Of a DNA stretch of 64,000 bases, positions 39,145-48,670 are shown piece after piece. Position 1 is the stretch's first letter. Each line of letters opens with the position of its first letter. The stretch spans positions 14,437 through 78,436 of the forward strand of contig DRNU01000186.1 in assembly GCA_011374975.1 (NCBI GenBank), in the 5' to 3' direction. This stretch comes from Gammaproteobacteria bacterium (GTDB lineage Bacteria; Pseudomonadota; Gammaproteobacteria; DSM-19610). Position numbers and translations under genes: made by a program. Below the pieces are notes generated by a model. It had not been told where the DNA came from, ran no database searches, and saw nothing but the letters and a program-made list of their open reading frames with translations.

Positions 39145-39711
39145 ATGAAACGAAACATCGGCATGCTGGGCTTTGTGGTGCTTATACTGGCGCTGATTAC
39201 CGCCGTCATACTGAAGCTGGTAGCGGACCCGGCCAGCCCCGTGACCTGGGCGCTGGTAGCGCTGCTGCTGGTTATTCCGTTCGCTTACCGGAAAATGTCC
39301 CCACAACACTTCATCGAATGGAAAAACGACTACAACGTCGGCATCGAATCCATTGACCAGCAACACCGGAAACTGGTCAATCTGATCAACCAGCTACAGA
39401 CCGCCGTGGACTATTCCACCGGCGAGGAATTCGAGCGCGAGGCGCTGGACGAACTGGTGGATTACACCAAGACACATTTCAGCTACGAAGAAGGCCTGAT
39501 GGAAAAATACGGCTACCCGGATTTTGAGCCGCACAAGGCCCAGCACAGGAAGATGATTGCACAGGTCGAGGCCGTGCTGGCCGAGTACGAGCAGGATCAG
39601 GACCGCGCCATGAATGATGCCCTGAACTTTCTCAAAGACTGGCTGATCAACCACATCAACGGCACCGACAAGCAGTACAGCAGCTTTCTGATCGAAAAAG
39701 GCGCCAAATAA
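39145..39711 (+). CDS. Membrane-anchored bacteriohemerythrin
   Basis: Two N-terminal TM helices, then W...Y.VGI.SID.QH, HF..EE, HK.QH, WL.NHI..TD. Confidence 0.9.
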   Translation: MKRNIGMLGFVVLILALITAVILKLVADPASPVTWALVALLLVIPFAYRKMSPQHFIEWKNDYNVGIESIDQQHRKLVNLINQLQTAVDYSTGEEFEREALDELVDYTKTHFSYEEGLMEKYGYPDFEPHKAQHRKMIAQVEAVLAEYEQDQDRAMNDALNFLKDWLINHINGTDKQYSSFLIEKGAK

Positions 39712-39724
39712 AGCGGGTTTTCCG

Positions 39725-41368
39725 TCAGTGGCTGGTACCCGCTGAATAGCGGGTCTTGTTGTAGACGTTGTATTTACCTGACGGCTTGTTCATGGGCAGG
39801 CGCTTGACCTCTTCCAGCGTCGCCGCATCGTAAACCACCACGGCGCCGTCGGTATCCCAGATACTCAGCAGGACATATTTCCCGTCCCGGGTGAACTCCA
39901 CGTGTGCGGCCGTCTTGCCGGGCGCCGGGCGCAGCGTTTTGACGATTTCCAGGGTACGTTTGTCGATAACGTGCACGGCATCCCTGTCGGGCCCGAAAAA
40001 GACGTCCACCCAGGCATACGAGGTCTTCTCGTGGCTGCGCATGAAGAAGCCGGGGCCCAGTGTCTTGATGCGTTTGATCGTTTTCCAGGAATCCATATCG
40101 ATAACGCTAACACTGCCCTCTTTCAGATTTGGTGTCGCCAGCACGGGCCTGCCCTGGTATTCCCAGGTGATGCCTGAACCCAGGTGCGGCATACCCGGCA
40201 GCTCCAGGTCATCCACCACCACCCGGCCCACATCCATATTCACCACCTGGCCCTTGCCTTCGCGCGAGGCACCAATCAGCGAGACATAGTCCTGGTCGAA
40301 GAAAAAGTCGTCCAGGTAATCGTTGACCCGGATACGCCGCACCGGGAACGGTTCCGGCTTGAGGTTTTCGCCGGATTCCTCGTTGTAGTCATGCACCCAG
40401 CCGCTGAAGCCCGCCGGTGGCTCATCGGCGTAGGAGATTTCCCAGACTTCCGGGATATCCTTAAGCGCAGCGATGAAACTGTCGCGCGGCGGCGCCGTGT
40501 AGACCGCGCTGACACGCGAGGTCTTGCCGCTGGCATCTGCCACCGAATAGAGCTTGATGGGTTTCAGGTCACGGGCGTCCAGCAATACCAGGGTATGTGG
40601 CAGGTAATTTGCGACCATGACATAACGGCCGTCGGCCGACACGGCCAGGTTACGGGTGTTGATCCCGGCACGGATCTCGGCCACCAGCTTGAGATTATAA
40701 ATATCGTACTTGCTGATCCAGCCGTCACGTGAGGCGAAATAGACAAAGCGGCCGGTCGGTGAATATTTGGGCCCCCCGTGCAGCGCAAAGCGCGACTTGA
40801 AACGGTGAATGGGTTCCATCCGGTCACCGTCCAGCAGTGTCACATGGTGATCACCGAGTTCCACCACCAGGAACAGGTTGAGCAGGTCGTCCACCTTGAA
40901 GACAGGTTTGTCCGGCAGTTCGCTTTCCCGGTTGTGGATAATGTGGCTGGCCCGGATTTCCGGCAGACCCCAGACCGGGGTAAACCCCAGCGGGGTATAG
41001 ATGTAATCGGCCAGCGCCTTGATCTGCGCCGCGTTCAGTTTGTCGGCAAAAGCCGGCATCTGGGTGGCCGCCCTGCCCTTGCTGATGGTTTCAACAGCCG
41101 CCTTCGGACGCAGGCGCTTGAGGTTACCGGGCAGCAGTGCCGGCCCCATGTTCCCCAGCCGCCCTGCGCCGTGGCATTCGGCACAGTGCGCCTGGAAGAG
41201 CTTGCCGACATCGACCTCATCCGCTGCCGCCCGGGCAGTGACCAGGAGCAGGACGGACAGGGCAATAAACACGCCTCGCAGGGATCCAGCGCGCATACGG
41301 AAAGGGACAGTTTTCATAAGATTTAAAATACTATTCAGCGCAGGAGCTGCCTTTTCAATCAGATACAT
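39725..41368 (-). CDS. nirN: Dihydro-heme d1 dehydrogenase NirN
   Basis: CAECHG, FALHGGPK, RAGINTRN, PGMPHLGSG, GPGFFMRSH, KPSGKYN; true start probably somewhat downstream. Confidence 0.92.
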   Translation of the reverse strand: MYLIEKAAPALNSILNLMKTVPFRMRAGSLRGVFIALSVLLLVTARAAADEVDVGKLFQAHCAECHGAGRLGNMGPALLPGNLKRLRPKAAVETISKGRAATQMPAFADKLNAAQIKALADYIYTPLGFTPVWGLPEIRASHIIHNRESELPDKPVFKVDDLLNLFLVVELGDHHVTLLDGDRMEPIHRFKSRFALHGGPKYSPTGRFVYFASRDGWISKYDIYNLKLVAEIRAGINTRNLAVSADGRYVMVANYLPHTLVLLDARDLKPIKLYSVADASGKTSRVSAVYTAPPRDSFIAALKDIPEVWEISYADEPPAGFSGWVHDYNEESGENLKPEPFPVRRIRVNDYLDDFFFDQDYVSLIGASREGKGQVVNMDVGRVVVDDLELPGMPHLGSGITWEYQGRPVLATPNLKEGSVSVIDMDSWKTIKRIKTLGPGFFMRSHEKTSYAWVDVFFGPDRDAVHVIDKRTLEIVKTLRPAPGKTAAHVEFTRDGKYVLLSIWDTDGAVVVYDAATLEEVKRLPMNKPSGKYNVYNKTRYSAGTSH

Positions 41369-41681
41369 GCACCACGCCGGTCATCTCGGGGTGCGGGCCG
41401 CAATGATAGGGAAAATCACCGGCGCTTTCGAACACCCGCTCATAGGATTCTTCCGGAAAAAAATAATCGGGCTCGGGATCGCCCGCCTGTTCAAACCAGA
41501 CACTGTGGTACTGGCGTTTTTCATGATTCTCCCAGCGCACGGTATCGCCCGGCTTTATGCTCACTTCCTGCGGGCTGAACTTGTAATCCTTGATGATGAC
41601 GACCACTGTCGCGGCACTGACAAGCGTACTCGCGCCCAGCAAGCACAGCACCGCCAGGACTGGCATCACAAATCTTTTCAT
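41355..41681 (-). CDS. Periplasmic type-1 copper protein (cupredoxin)
   Basis: Signal peptide; YHSV and YHCGPHPEMTG ligands. Confidence 0.9.
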   Translation of the reverse strand: MKRFVMPVLAVLCLLGASTLVSAATVVVIIKDYKFSPQEVSIKPGDTVRWENHEKRQYHSVWFEQAGDPEPDYFFPEESYERVFESAGDFPYHCGPHPEMTGVVHVSD

Positions 41682-41763
41682 CGCTGCGACCTCCCCGGTC
41701 CCTGTGGATTCCCGGCCGATTATACACCGGCCGGGTTGAATCCGGGGTTACAAAATCGACAGC

Positions 41764-43512
41764 CTATCTGGCGATAGCATTGATCTCCGCGTCTTCATCA
41801 TCGAAGCCCAGCTTGAAGCCCAGCGATACATGATGATAACGGGCATCGCTGTAGTCATCATGGATAGCGAAGCCGATGTCATACCAGGCATCGGTAGACA
41901 GGCTGATATCGCCCGGCTTGTCCGAAACCAGCTTGCGCTTCATTTCCACCGTCCAGACACCGTCATTGAGGCCGCCGGTGAAACTGACACCCTGGCCGCC
42001 GCTCATCACGCGCTGCTCCAGAATATAGCCATCCTCGGACTCACCGGTACCGGCGTTGAAGCGCAACAGGTCCATGAACTGGCCGTCGTTGAGCGCTGCC
42101 TCGATATCGGCCGATTCCTTGAGCTTGTCCCAGCCACCGCGCTTCTTGCCGCCCTTGCCCTTGATTTCCAGCTCGGTACGGCTTTCCTTGAGATACTTGG
42201 TCACGCCTTCGTCAAGGTTCAGCCGGCTCGCCAGCGGGAAGGCTGCCAGTGCTGCCGCATCGGGGGTATCAGGCATGGTGCGCGCATCGTGGTGACAGGT
42301 CTGCCAGCAACCTCCCCGGTCAGCAAACTCGACGCCCTCGTTGTCCGCGGTCAGCATGACAGCCAGCTTGATCGGGTTTTCCGGGTCCATTTTGCCACCC
42401 TCGACAAAGGGTACCGGCGCATGCTCCTCCGTATCCGGCCACTGGAAGCGCATGTAGAGATAGTCGCTGTCGTGTGCAGCCTGGACATTGACTACGATGC
42501 TGCCGCGCTTGCCGGGTATCGGGTTCGGCTCCAGCTTTTCACCACTCACCACCAGGGCACCGATGTCTTCTTCTTCACCCTCGTGGCAATCGTAGCAGCG
42601 ATCGCCGGCCTTGAGCGGTCGTGCACCGCCGTGGTCGCGGCCGTTGAGCACCCACTCCAGCGAGGCCTGGCCGGGATAGAAGAGCGTCACCTCGGTAGCC
42701 GGCACACTGTTCCAGTCGGGGCCCGAGCCGGAAGCTGCCGGTGCAGCGGCGCTTTCCGTGGCCGGGCTTGCAGCCGCCGGTTCAGCCTTTTCCGCTGCCG
42801 CGGGAGGGGTGGCGGCTACCGGTGCCTTTGTCTTGCTCTTGTGCTTTTTGCTGCCTTCTTCCTCCATGAAAGCAACCCACTGCGGCGGGATCGGGCGCTT
42901 GTTGGCCGGATCCGGTTTCTCCATATCTTCCAGCTCCTCGTCACTCAGCTGGTCGTGCACCTTGCTGTGGGCTATACCCTTGTGGCAATCGATACAGGTA
43001 TTACCCGCTTCCATGGCGTTGATATGCTGCTTGCGGGCACGGCCCTTCTGGTTTTCGGGGTTCATGGACCCGAAGTCGTGACAGTTGCGACATTCGCGCG
43101 AATCCGTACTCTTCATCGCCCTCCACACGTTCCTGGCCAGTTCCAGGCGGTGGGCATTGAATTTCTCAGGGGTATCGATGGTGCCCAGTATCTTGTGCAG
43201 CACCTCGTTACTGGCCTGTACCTTGCGCACCACTTTGTGCACCCAGGGATCAGGCACGTGACAATCCGAACAGACCGCGCGGACACCGCTGCGGTTACTG
43301 TAGTGAACGGTTTTCTTGTACTCCCGGTATACGTTCTCTTCCATCTCATGGCAGGAGATACAGAAATCCAGTGTGTTGGTGGCCTCCATCACGGTATTGA
43401 AACCGCCCCAGAAGATCACACCGACAATCATGAAAAACAGTGCAGCACCGACCGTGGCCCCCATCAGAACCTTGCGCGACAACAAACCGGGTTTCCTGCT
43501 TGGATCAACCAT
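41764..43512 (-). CDS. nirT: NapC/NirT tetraheme cytochrome fused to NirB-like cytochrome c552 domain
   Basis: TM anchor plus CISCH, CSDCH, CRNCH, CIDCH; Ala/Pro linker; LFYPGQAS.EW, CYDCH, GCWQTCH, AIHDD..ARYHHVS. Confidence 0.88.
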   Translation of the reverse strand: MVDPSRKPGLLSRKVLMGATVGAALFFMIVGVIFWGGFNTVMEATNTLDFCISCHEMEENVYREYKKTVHYSNRSGVRAVCSDCHVPDPWVHKVVRKVQASNEVLHKILGTIDTPEKFNAHRLELARNVWRAMKSTDSRECRNCHDFGSMNPENQKGRARKQHINAMEAGNTCIDCHKGIAHSKVHDQLSDEELEDMEKPDPANKRPIPPQWVAFMEEEGSKKHKSKTKAPVAATPPAAAEKAEPAAASPATESAAAPAASGSGPDWNSVPATEVTLFYPGQASLEWVLNGRDHGGARPLKAGDRCYDCHEGEEEDIGALVVSGEKLEPNPIPGKRGSIVVNVQAAHDSDYLYMRFQWPDTEEHAPVPFVEGGKMDPENPIKLAVMLTADNEGVEFADRGGCWQTCHHDARTMPDTPDAAALAAFPLASRLNLDEGVTKYLKESRTELEIKGKGGKKRGGWDKLKESADIEAALNDGQFMDLLRFNAGTGESEDGYILEQRVMSGGQGVSFTGGLNDGVWTVEMKRKLVSDKPGDISLSTDAWYDIGFAIHDDYSDARYHHVSLGFKLGFDDEDAEINAIAR

Positions 43513-43556
43513 TATCAATACTCACCATTGCGTTAATTACTGACTGTTTACGAAAC

Positions 43557-43593
43557 AAAAAAAGGGCGGGCATAAAGAACTCATGCCCGCCCT
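43557..43593 (-). terminator. Terminator between nirS copy 2 and nirT
   Basis: AGGGCGGGCAT/ATGCCCGCCCT stem with a T tract on the minus strand. Confidence 0.8.
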
Positions 43594-43629
43594 CTTGCTA
43601 CATCACAAGGGCGTTGCCTACACCACCCA

Positions 43630-45282
43630 TCAGGTTACATGGTTGACGCGGTTGTAGACGTTGAACTTGCCTGTCGGCGTGGTCAGACCCTTGATGCGTT
43701 TCTTCTCTTTAAGAGTCTTCGCATCGTAAATCACGATCTCGCCAGTGGGGTTGCCGGCATCCTTGCGGTTCCAGACAGAAACCCAGACTTCAGTACCGTC
43801 TTTGTTGAACTCCATGTGGACCGCGGCCTTGCCTTCTTCCTTGGTCACACGGATGGTCTTGACGACTTCACGGGTTTTCTTGTCAATAACCTTGATGCTC
43901 TGCTGGATTTCAGGCTCGGGGTGTTTGGTCTGGTCAGCCCATACGTACTTGGACGTCGGATGGGTACGGATGAACACGCCGGGGCCGTCAGTCTCGACCT
44001 CGTAGCAGATCTTCCAGGCCTGGTCCTTGTGTCCCTTGGGATCGTTACCCCAGACAGTGACCTTGCCAACGCCCAGGTGTGTGGTACCACCGACCGGACC
44101 GCACTTGGGATCGTTCCAGTTGGCGCCCGGACCCGGGTGCGGTTTCTTGTCGGTATCGATCATGGCTTCCAGCTTGCCGGTCTTGGAATCCACCACCACC
44201 ATCTTGTTGGAGGCATTGGCGGCGATCTGGAAGTAACGGCCGGTAGGATCGAAGAAACCGTCGTGCAGGAACTTGGCGGAGTTCACCTGCTTGACGTCCA
44301 GGTTTTCGAGGTCGGTGTAGTTGACCTGCCACATCTGGCCCAGTTCCTTGACTGCAACCCAGAAAGTAGGCTCGTTGGGCGTGGTGTAGATCGCCGCGAC
44401 GCGCGCTTCATTCACGTAGTTACCGTCGACATCAACACCGCGCGTGGAAACCACTTTCAGCGGTTCCATGGTCACAGCGTCGAGGATAACGAAATGCGGA
44501 GGCCAGTAACCGCCACCGATCACGTATTTACCGTCGCCGGATACCGCAACGTCACGTGCGTCATAGGCCATCTGCGTTTCGGCCACCAGCATCTTGCCGG
44601 GCTTCTGCCACAGATCGATTTTGGTCATCTTGCCATCACGACCCTGGGTGTACCAGAAACGACCGGCCGGCTGGTTCTTCGGCAGGTGCTGCTTCTTGTG
44701 GTGCTCGGCCGCCTTGACGACGTGCACCGCGTAGCCGGTATCGATGTGGTCCACGATCTCGTGCTTGTCACCGTCGATGATGGCGATCTTGCCGGCATCA
44801 CGCTCGATAACGACGAAGAAGTTCTCCCAGTTGCGGCCATGCAGCGGCTTGGTGGGATAATCCTTGGGATCGACATAGACCTTGTGGCGCTTCTTCATCA
44901 GCGAGAGCGGCATTTCCGGCGGAACCGGCGGCTCCATCTGGATATAGGTGGCCAGCATCTTGATTTCTTCCTTGGAGAAGATATCGTCGAAGTTGTTCAT
45001 GCCACCTTCAGTACCCAGCGTGATAATGCGTTCCAGGCGCTTCTGGCCTTTCTTGCGGGTTTTTACCGGCTCCAGGCTTTTGCCCGTGGCACCTTTACGC
45101 AGCACACCATGACAACCGGCGCAGCGCTGAAAGTACATGCTTTTCGCTTTCTCGAAGTCGGCCTCGTTCAGGGGAACCAGAGGCTCTACCTTCTTGGCGT
45201 AAGCCACTCCCGTGACAGCCGCCAGGCCCATGCACGTGGCGAGTAATACTGCCCCGTACTTCATCTTGTGTTTCACACTCAT
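43630..45282 (-). CDS. nirS: Cytochrome cd1 nitrite reductase, copy 2 (divergent type)
   Basis: [44 protein letters not shown]; RBS AAGGAG. Confidence 0.93.
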   Translation of the reverse strand: MSVKHKMKYGAVLLATCMGLAAVTGVAYAKKVEPLVPLNEADFEKAKSMYFQRCAGCHGVLRKGATGKSLEPVKTRKKGQKRLERIITLGTEGGMNNFDDIFSKEEIKMLATYIQMEPPVPPEMPLSLMKKRHKVYVDPKDYPTKPLHGRNWENFFVVIERDAGKIAIIDGDKHEIVDHIDTGYAVHVVKAAEHHKKQHLPKNQPAGRFWYTQGRDGKMTKIDLWQKPGKMLVAETQMAYDARDVAVSGDGKYVIGGGYWPPHFVILDAVTMEPLKVVSTRGVDVDGNYVNEARVAAIYTTPNEPTFWVAVKELGQMWQVNYTDLENLDVKQVNSAKFLHDGFFDPTGRYFQIAANASNKMVVVDSKTGKLEAMIDTDKKPHPGPGANWNDPKCGPVGGTTHLGVGKVTVWGNDPKGHKDQAWKICYEVETDGPGVFIRTHPTSKYVWADQTKHPEPEIQQSIKVIDKKTREVVKTIRVTKEEGKAAVHMEFNKDGTEVWVSVWNRKDAGNPTGEIVIYDAKTLKEKKRIKGLTTPTGKFNVYNRVNHVT

Positions 45283-45373
45283 TTGCTACACTCCTTTACG
45301 GATGATCAGTTAAAGCATGCTGCGAATATTCACGCTGTGACGTGCTTTTTAGAGTACATTCACCCACGACACC

Positions 45374-45387
45374 TTGATTTGAATCAA
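45374..45387. promoter_or_regulatory. FNR/DNR box (perfect consensus) upstream of nirS copy 2
   Basis: TTGAT-TTGA-ATCAA. Confidence 0.9.
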
Positions 45388-45499
45388 ACGGATTCACAAA
45401 TCCTCTGCAGGTTTTTGCCACCTGCCGGTTTCTGCCACCCGCCACTGAAAAGCCTAGATTTTGCAGCGCTATTATCAAACCCGCGATTTTTTTGTGTCC

Positions 45500-45513
45500 T
45501 TGATATATGTCAA
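45500..45513. promoter_or_regulatory. Second FNR/DNR box in the nirS-dnr intergenic region
   Basis: cTTGAT-ATAT-GTCAAg. Confidence 0.78.
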
Positions 45514-45812
45514 GCGGGGCAACGCCTCACAGGCAATATCCGTCTTACGGTACTTTCGTTCACTACAGCCTGACACCGTCTCCCGGGACACCTTGCAGGC
45601 ACCGGAAAACCGGGGCTGCCGGCAGAAAATCATCAGCCGGGATATGGCCTTAATTAAAAAAGACAAACCCTTTTTAATCCCATATAATTCAATTATCTAA
45701 AGTCGTACTAATGGGAAGGTGTTGCCTGTGACAGAGTGCGCCGGGGAGCTGTTTGAGTTTCAAGTCTGTAAGCGATGTGTTGTCGGGTCCAGGGTAATAC
45801 ACTTGCGACACC

Positions 45813-46535
45813 ATGCCTAAACGCATCCCCCTCAACGGTGAAACAGCCGATGCTGCGCGCGAGCTCATGCTCAAGTCAGTGTTGTTCGGCAATCTGGAAC
45901 CGGCACAGCTCGATACGCTGCTACAGCACACCCGTTCCGCCACGCTCGAGGAAGGCCAGGTACTGTTCGAACAGCAACGGCCGGCGAACGAAATCTTCAT
46001 GCTGCAGTCCGGTCAGGTCAAACTGATGCGCATCTCTTCCGAGGGCCAGGAGAAGGTTATCGACCTGATTTCACCGGGAAATACCTTCGCCGAGGCGATT
46101 ATGTTTTCCGGTGCCAGCGTCTACCCGGTGACCGCCGCGGCACTGTGCGCCAGTAGACTGCTGTGTTTCGACACGGCGACCTACGCCGGCATCCTGCACC
46201 AGTCGACCGATGCCTGCTTCGCCATCATGGCGCACCTGAGCCGCCGCCAGCACTGGCTGATCAGCGAGATCGACCGCCTGACACTGCATAATGCCACCTT
46301 CCGCATCATCGCCTACCTGCTCGACCAGATCCCGAGCACCCACCTGGGGACCTCTGAGGTCAACCTGAACACCCCCAAACACGTTGTCGCCTCACGGCTG
46401 TCCATGACACCGGAAACACTGTCACGCACGCTGTCCAAGCTCAACCGGGACGGTCTGATAGAAATCGGTGAGCATTCGATCATATTGAAGGATGTGGGAC
46501 AGCTGCGCGGTTACGTGCAGGGCAGCTCATTGTAG
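45813..46535 (+). CDS. dnr: Crp/Fnr-family regulator, DNR type
   Basis: G..KVI..I..G.TFAEA.MF..YP, K..VASRLS.TPETLSR; lacks the N-terminal FNR Cys cluster; divergent from nirS. Confidence 0.85.
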   Translation: MPKRIPLNGETADAARELMLKSVLFGNLEPAQLDTLLQHTRSATLEEGQVLFEQQRPANEIFMLQSGQVKLMRISSEGQEKVIDLISPGNTFAEAIMFSGASVYPVTAAALCASRLLCFDTATYAGILHQSTDACFAIMAHLSRRQHWLISEIDRLTLHNATFRIIAYLLDQIPSTHLGTSEVNLNTPKHVVASRLSMTPETLSRTLSKLNRDGLIEIGEHSIILKDVGQLRGYVQGSSL

Positions 46536-46563
46536 GCCACACTACCACCCGAAAACCCTGCAA

Positions 46564-47526
46564 TCAGGGCACTCTGAAATGGTCAAAACCTGCGCCCTGC
46601 GGGGTATACAGGCTGCCGTCATCGCGCCGGCAGCGGATACCGGGCTGTGATTCGATCACACCGATCCGGGTCACTGCCAGCTGTTGCTGGCGGGCAAGCA
46701 CCTCAAGCTGTCCGGCCCGCCCCGGGTCCAGACTGAAACAGAGTTCGTAATCATCGCCGCCGTATAACTGGCAGCCCAGCGCCGCCTCATCCTGAACCGA
46801 CGCCAGCCCGGAAGAACGCGGCAAGCGGTCAATCCACAGCGTTGCACCGCACTGGCCGGCATCCAGTATATGCCCGAGATCCGCCAGCAGGCCGTCGGAA
46901 ATATCGATGGCCGCGGCGCCGCCCGTCCCCGCCAGCGCCATACCGAAATCCACACGCGGTTCAGGCCGGTTCAGCCGCTGCAACAAGGCCGGGGCAACCG
47001 TGTCTCCCGACTGGAGAGCCTGCAAGGCACAGGCGGCATCGCCCGGTGTCCCGGTCACAAACAGCTGCTGTCCGGCGCGGGCGCCGCTACGCCGCAAGGC
47101 CCGGCCCGGTTCCACCAGCCCGTGCACCTGCACCGTCACCGCCAGGGGTCCGCGCGTGGTGTCACCGCCGACCAGTTCAACCCGGTAGCGTTCAGCCAGC
47201 TCAAAGAAACCGTCGGCAAAACCTGCCAGCCATGCATCGTCAGCTTCGGGAAGGGTCAGTGACAGGGTGGCCCAGGCCGGGCTGGCGCCCATGGCGGCAA
47301 GGTCGCTGAGGTTGACCGCCAGCGCCTTCCAGCCGATATCGAAGGCCGCGGTCTGCGGCGGGAAATGCCGGCCCGCGACCAGGGTATCCATCGCCACCGC
47401 CAGTTGCCGGTCTGCCGGCACCTGCAGCAGTGCGGCATCATCGCCTATGCCCAGCACTACGTCGGCACGCGCTGCAGCACGGCGGCTGAAATAGCGTTCA
47501 ATGATGTCGAACTCGGAAAGCGACAT
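46564..47526 (-). CDS. thiL: Thiamine-monophosphate kinase
   Basis: EFDII, GIGDDAA, VNLSDLAAMGA, GGDTTRG, DISDGL, GGDDYEL. Confidence 0.96.
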   Translation of the reverse strand: MSLSEFDIIERYFSRRAAARADVVLGIGDDAALLQVPADRQLAVAMDTLVAGRHFPPQTAAFDIGWKALAVNLSDLAAMGASPAWATLSLTLPEADDAWLAGFADGFFELAERYRVELVGGDTTRGPLAVTVQVHGLVEPGRALRRSGARAGQQLFVTGTPGDAACALQALQSGDTVAPALLQRLNRPEPRVDFGMALAGTGGAAAIDISDGLLADLGHILDAGQCGATLWIDRLPRSSGLASVQDEAALGCQLYGGDDYELCFSLDPGRAGQLEVLARQQQLAVTRIGVIESQPGIRCRRDDGSLYTPQGAGFDHFRVP

Positions 47527-47554
47527 TGTCAGTACGTCACCAGTGTCTGTTTTT

Positions 47555-47630
47555 CCGTCATTCCGGTGCAGGCCGGCATCCAGACGCTTTAATCAGGCTT
47601 TATGGATTCCGGCCTGCACCGGAATGACGG
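47555..47630. repeat. Paired 28-bp palindromic extragenic (REP-like) element
   Basis: CCGTCATTCCGGTGCAGGCCGGCATCCA (47555-47582) and its reverse complement (47603-47630), one mismatch. Confidence 0.85.
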
Positions 47631-47664
47631 GCGGGATCTCGGCTTAAGTTCAGCGCCCGGCGCC

Positions 47665-48147
47665 TCAGGACGGTTTTTTCAACAGCCCGCTGCCACCCTT
47701 GCCTTGCGGGTGCTCGACCGCCCGCAGCGTGCGCGCGGCCTTGTCCAGCACGCCGTTGATGTATTTGTAGGCCTGCTCGGCACCGAATTTCTTGGTCAGG
47801 TTAACGGATTCGTTGATGATGACCTTGTAGGGCACGTCGATGCGCGTCATCAGCTCGTAGGTCGCCATGCGCAGCACGGCGCGCTCTACCGGGTCCATCT
47901 CCTGCACCGGCCGGTCCAGGTAGTCGGCAAAAGCCGCCTCGACCTCGTCCAGCCGTGCCGGCACCTTGTGCAACAACTCGTGAAAGTAGTCCCGGTCGGC
48001 GCGGGAAAAATCCTCGTCCTCGAGAAACTGCCGCTCGATATCCGACAGGTTATTACCGGACAGGTCCCACTGGTAGAGCGCCTGCATGGCAAAACGCCGC
48101 GCGCGGGTACGCAGTGCGGCACTGTGCTTGTTGGTCGATGTCGCCAC
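47665..48147 (-). CDS. nusB: Transcription antitermination factor NusB
   Basis: R..ARR.AMQALYQW, VPYKVIINE...L.K.FG...YKYINGVLD. Confidence 0.96.
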   Translation of the reverse strand: MATSTNKHSAALRTRARRFAMQALYQWDLSGNNLSDIERQFLEDEDFSRADRDYFHELLHKVPARLDEVEAAFADYLDRPVQEMDPVERAVLRMATYELMTRIDVPYKVIINESVNLTKKFGAEQAYKYINGVLDKAARTLRAVEHPQGKGGSGLLKKPS

Positions 48148-48159
48148 GCGCCGGCCGGC

Positions 48160-48636
48160 CTACTTGCCGATTTCGCGCAGCAGGTTGACCATTTCGATGG
48201 TAGACATGGCCGCTTCCGCGCCCTTGTTGCCGGCCTTGGTGCCGGCGCGTTCGATGGCCTGCTCGATGCTGTCCACCGTCAGTACGCCAAAAGCGATGGG
48301 AATATCGTGCTGCAGCGATACCGTCGACAGGCCCTTGGTGCATTCACCGGCAACATACTCGAAGTGCGGCGTGCCGCCACGGATCACCGCACCCAGGGCA
48401 ATGATGGCCTCGTAACGCTGGGCGGCCGCCAGCCGTTTCGCGGCGATGGGCATTTCATAGGCACCCGGTACACGGATAATGTTCAGGTCGCGGTCTTCCG
48501 CGCCGTGCCGCTTGAGGGTATCGACAGCGCCGCTCAACAGGCTCTCCACCACAAAGCTGTTGAAACGCGATACCAGCAACGCAATGCGCGCACCGCGAAT
48601 CGTTAGCTGGCCTTCAATTTCCTGTATGCCACTCAT
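48160..48636 (-). CDS. ribH: 6,7-dimethyl-8-ribityllumazine synthase
   Basis: [35 protein letters not shown]. Confidence 0.97.
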   Translation of the reverse strand: MSGIQEIEGQLTIRGARIALLVSRFNSFVVESLLSGAVDTLKRHGAEDRDLNIIRVPGAYEMPIAAKRLAAAQRYEAIIALGAVIRGGTPHFEYVAGECTKGLSTVSLQHDIPIAFGVLTVDSIEQAIERAGTKAGNKGAEAAMSTIEMVNLLREIGK

Positions 48637-48670
48637 GACAAAAACTCCGCATAGTTACAGTCTGAAATCA

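Noticed and set aside
39725-41368. Third nirS copy (also considered for nirF at 36675-37844)
   Set aside because: Motifs match NirN and NirF rather than NirS.
42720-42850. Low-complexity repeat in nirT
   Set aside because: Encodes an ordinary Ala/Pro/Lys interdomain linker.
41830-45246. Long + strand ORFs (568 aa and 535 aa) opposite nirT and nirS
   Set aside because: Antisense shadows typical of GC-rich coding DNA; no motifs, and fully overlapped by well-supported genes.
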